DNA of 64,000 bases. It comes from an uncultured virus (IMG/VR IMGVR_UViG_3300042516_003420). Taxonomy: Duplodnaviria > Heunggongvirae > Uroviricota > Caudoviricetes. Positions 61,801 to 64,000 of the stretch are shown in pieces. The position numbers and the translations under genes are program-made. Location of the stretch: the IMG/VR virus record IMGVR_UViG_3300042516_003420, one strand, 5' to 3'. The stretch's first letter is position 1, and every line of letters starts with the position of its first letter. Under the pieces are notes generated by a model that was not told the DNA's origin, searched no databases, and saw only the letters and a list, made by a program, of their open reading frames with translations.

Positions 61801-63389
61801 CTTTAGAGTCTACTACAATAGGCGCTAATAATACCGCAGTTGGTCAAAATGCTTTAGATTCTAATACAACAGCATCTGGTAATACTGCAGTTGGTCAAAA
61901 TGCTTTAGTTGCTAATACAACAGGCATTCAGAATACAGCAGTTGGTCAAAATGCTTTAGGTGCTAATACAGTAGCATCTGGTAATACTGCTGTTGGTAAT
62001 AGTGCTTTAGCTGCCAATGCAACAGGTACCAGTAATGTTGCCATAGGCGTAAACGCCCTTACTGCTCATACAACAAGTAATACTGTTGCCGTAGGCGTCA
62101 GTGGTCTTGCATCGAATACCACGGGCGTAGGCAATACTGCAGTAGGTTACGTTGCGCTTTTTGCCAACACAACAGGCATAGGTAATACTGCATTAGGTTT
62201 CAGTGCGCTTCAAAACAGTACAGCAGGAACTGCCAATACTGCTCTTGGATCTAATGCACTTCGTCAAGCAACAACAGGAAACAATAACACTGCAGTTGGC
62301 TCCAGTGGTCTTACTTTAAATACAACAGGATCAAACAATGTTGCCGTAGGTGCTAGTGGTCTTGCTTCTAATACAGCGGGTCTCAATAATACTGCCATTG
62401 GTACTAATGCGCTTGCTGCTAATACAACAGCTAGCGGGAATGTTGCTATTGGTTTTAACGCTCTTGATGTAAATACAGTAGGCTCAATTAATGTTGCTAT
62501 AGGTGTTAATGCACTTGGAAGCTCTACAACAGGATCTGGTAATACTGCAGTTGGTGCCAGTGCATTGCTTTCCAATACAACAGGTGTCAATAATATTGCC
62601 ATCGGCGTCAGTGGACTTGCTTCTAACACAATAGGAACGGGCAATATTGCAGTCGGCTCAAGCGCTTTAGCTGTTAATACAACAGGCGTTCACAATACTG
62701 CTGTAGGTCAGCAAGCTTTATTTACTAATACAACAGGTGTTAATAATGTTGCAGTTGGTCGGGATGCTTTAAATGCTAATATAACAGGCGCTTCTAATGT
62801 TGCAGTTGGTTCTAGTGCGCTTCAAAACAATACGGCAGGTAATCAAAACGTCGCAGTTGGTCGACAAACGTTATTATCAAACACCACTGCAACAGGAAAT
62901 ACCGCGCTTGGACATTCTGCTGGTTCGGGTCTTACTACAGGCGTTAATAACACCTGTATTGGTAACGAAGCCCAGGCTTCTGCGGCAACTGTTACTGGTG
63001 AGTTTACACTTGGTAATGCTGACGTTGTCAACCTTCGTTGTGCTGATACGACAATTTCAACACTGTCGGACCAGCGGGATAAAACCAACATTAAGGATCT
63101 TCCTTATGGTGTAACCTTCATTAACGCCCTACGTCCAGTGCAGTTTGACTGGGCAACACGCGATGGTTCTCGCAAAGGAAGAAAAGATTTTGGTTTTATT
63201 GCCCAGGAATTAGATGCAGTTGAAACTTCTTTTGGTACAGCCGAATACACACGTTTGGTACATAAGAACAATCCTGATTGCTGGGAAGCTGATCCAATGA
63301 AGACGTATCCAATCTTGATTAAAGCAACGCAGGAACTTGCTAAGCGTTTGAAAGAATTGGAAAATAAAGTATCGGGATTAACGCCGTAA
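58848..63389 (+). CDS. Long tail fibre with C-terminal intramolecular chaperone (peptidase S74)
   Basis: N-terminal RITELP; ~25-aa SGATITG..G.F..LTGVSG.FT repeats; 14-aa NTAVG..AL..NTT repeats; SDQRDK.NI...GFIAQE. Confidence 0.9.
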   Translation: MANRRITELPAITSTNINDDDLLLVVDVAEVDPGLKSKKLTFNETKQYFNNYYLQLTGGGVAGDLTVGGNLSVSGSFTPASINVTNTGTFAYLTVNSGAVFNSLTSGTVFTGQTFQAVDVNASTGNFTNVIGGTATIGTGNFTRLSGTTVTGVSGAFTSLTGQTITGATGLFSSFSGTNITGVNGVFTTQVSGAVVTGDAVQASSITGISGVFTTRLSGATITGAAGLFANLTGVSGVFTTSVSGSTVTGDTGLFANLTGVSGTFTTRVSGLTVTGATGLFANLTGGLGTFTTQISGAVVTGNVGTFTNITGVSGVFTSRISGAVVTGDAGTFTSVTGATGVFTTRVSGATITGVTGLFQKIEAQTGVFTNTISIPTIDTTGNISAAGNLNISGNATFSSGIVVSGQISGGSVTGITGTFGILTGNEIYGLTSISGNTITGASGNFTTARAVTGVFTTTLSGTTITGNTINATTGTFVSGIFNVVSGATVTGNNGQFANLTGVSGTFTDRLSGATITGSTGGFAQLNGISGAFTGRVSGATITGDNGQFTAITGQTGIFTTLLSGAAITGSIGNFGSITGVSGVFTSQLSGANITGTAGSFTRVTGVSGVFTSQISGQNFVGENATFNYVTGSTRVEGGTVTGVTGNFVTINSVSGSFTSQLSGASITGGTAAFTRITGISGVFTSQLSGQNVIGDSATFNQITGTTKIDGGTVSGGTVTGNLGLFTNLTGISGTFTSRVSGAYITGVTVEAVTVTAATGNFTTVNFTQTTTGNIQVSGSGIFGSGVFTAGIISGNTYYASGGVLIVSGSGDIRPYGLFSFPPTTGTSGFILSTNSDGTTSWISGVSGLIGQTDSGSPFETSLGFEAGLNNTGSDNTFIGYRAGKENTTGISNTAVGRFALGSNTTGSENTAVGRAALGNTTTGVNNTAVGRGALATNVIGSGNTAVGRAALTFSVTGNNNTAVGENALDSASNVSNNTAIGQNALESTTIGANNTAVGQNALDSNTTASGNTAVGQNALVANTTGIQNTAVGQNALGANTVASGNTAVGNSALAANATGTSNVAIGVNALTAHTTSNTVAVGVSGLASNTTGVGNTAVGYVALFANTTGIGNTALGFSALQNSTAGTANTALGSNALRQATTGNNNTAVGSSGLTLNTTGSNNVAVGASGLASNTAGLNNTAIGTNALAANTTASGNVAIGFNALDVNTVGSINVAIGVNALGSSTTGSGNTAVGASALLSNTTGVNNIAIGVSGLASNTIGTGNIAVGSSALAVNTTGVHNTAVGQQALFTNTTGVNNVAVGRDALNANITGASNVAVGSSALQNNTAGNQNVAVGRQTLLSNTTATGNTALGHSAGSGLTTGVNNTCIGNEAQASAATVTGEFTLGNADVVNLRCADTTISTLSDQRDKTNIKDLPYGVTFINALRPVQFDWATRDGSRKGRKDFGFIAQELDAVETSFGTAEYTRLVHKNNPDCWEADPMKTYPILIKATQELAKRLKELENKVSGLTP

Positions 63390-63434
63390 TGCGTTGAAAC
63401 TGACGTATAATAAAACCATTGACTCTTGCCAACA

Positions 63435-63743
63435 ATGGTTGTACATACCCAGGGCGCTACTAAAGCTCTCTCTAAGGCTATCCCCACCGTTAAAACCAAC
63501 GGTAAAGTCCGTAAGTGGGATCTGACTGTCGTCTACTCCTACGGTGGTTTCAACCGTGATTTCGGCACCGAAGTGGACGTGGAATACCTTGACAAAGAGC
63601 CCGCCGATTTCACCAAAGCTGAACTCCTCGGTTTCTGCAACACCGTGCACTGGGACATGGTGTTCGACAGTATGTACGGCAGCCTCACCACCCCTGCCAC
63701 AGAAAGCAAGGTTGACGACTTTGATATCACCTCCCTGACCTGA
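63435..63743 (+). CDS. Hypothetical protein (tail-fibre associated candidate)
   Basis: Follows the fibre gene; upstream TATAAT; C-ending codon bias. Confidence 0.65.
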   Translation: MVVHTQGATKALSKAIPTVKTNGKVRKWDLTVVYSYGGFNRDFGTEVDVEYLDKEPADFTKAELLGFCNTVHWDMVFDSMYGSLTTPATESKVDDFDITSLT

Positions 63744-63750
63744 TTCCTTC

Positions 63751-63993
63751 ATGGATCGGTTTCGGCAACGTCTCCGGCATCTAGAGCACCCCGTTACGAG
63801 TGTCCTAGATGTCGGGGCTTATCGTGGCGAATTTGCACGGTTAGCTCGCCAGTTATTTCCTGCTGCACGAATTAAATGCATTGAGGGTGACGAAAGGCAA
63901 GCGTCACTCCTCCAGGCATTTGACACAGACTTTTATCTGCTTGGCAAAGAAACCAAGCAGGTGGATTTCTACACCCTTCCAGAGGAGAGCTGA
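63751..63993 (+). CDS. FkbM-family methyltransferase, N-terminal part ending at a premature-looking TGA
   Basis: VLDVGAYRGEF......FP.A.I.CIE SAM-binding motif; only 80 aa. Confidence 0.65.
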   Translation: MDRFRQRLRHLEHPVTSVLDVGAYRGEFARLARQLFPAARIKCIEGDERQASLLQAFDTDFYLLGKETKQVDFYTLPEES

Positions 63994-64000
63994 ACAACAG

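Noticed and set aside
59192..63114. Minus-strand ORFs inside the tail fibre gene
   Set aside because: Antisense shadows of repetitive Thr/Gly/Asn codons.
1..64000. Alternative genetic code or diversity-generating retroelement
   Set aside because: Core genes are full length in the standard code and end with all three stop codons; no reverse transcriptase or adenine-specific repeat pair was seen.

Overview
This 64 kb window is most of a tailed dsDNA cyanophage genome. The host is probably a picocyanobacterium, and the gene content resembles the Synechococcus phage S-EIV1-type lineage (inference, not a database result). The left part (about 2.1-23 kb, mostly minus strand) is an early/replication arm: many small ORFs, SSB, a family A DNA polymerase, ThyX, Gp157, GP88, a PcfJ-like protein, Dps and tRNA-Leu, with tRNA-Pro and tRNA-Thr at the far left. 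The right part (23.7-54.6 kb and 58.4-64 kb, plus strand) is a morphogenesis arm: putative internal/ejection proteins, terminase, portal, scaffold, major capsid, three peptidoglycan hydrolases, tail proteins and a long repeat-rich tail fibre with an S74 chaperone. A minus-strand block at 54.6-58.4 kb holds dCTP deaminase and an MTase-like gene. The most striking unexplained signal is a layer of intergenic structured RNA in the early arm. It comprises six copies of a ~28-nt H-type pseudoknot with compensatory base changes, each 20-35 nt upstream of a start codon (including SSB); two tRNA-elbow-like three-way junctions; two long switch-like hairpins; and larger structured leaders. Other notable items are a catalytically dead integrase facing an excisionase-like gene, a circularly permuted M23 peptidase sharing a C-terminal module with a lambda-type lysozyme, two NblA-like genes, an NtcA box in front of a DUF4278 gene, and start-codon-sequestering hairpins on the lysozyme and HhH genes.
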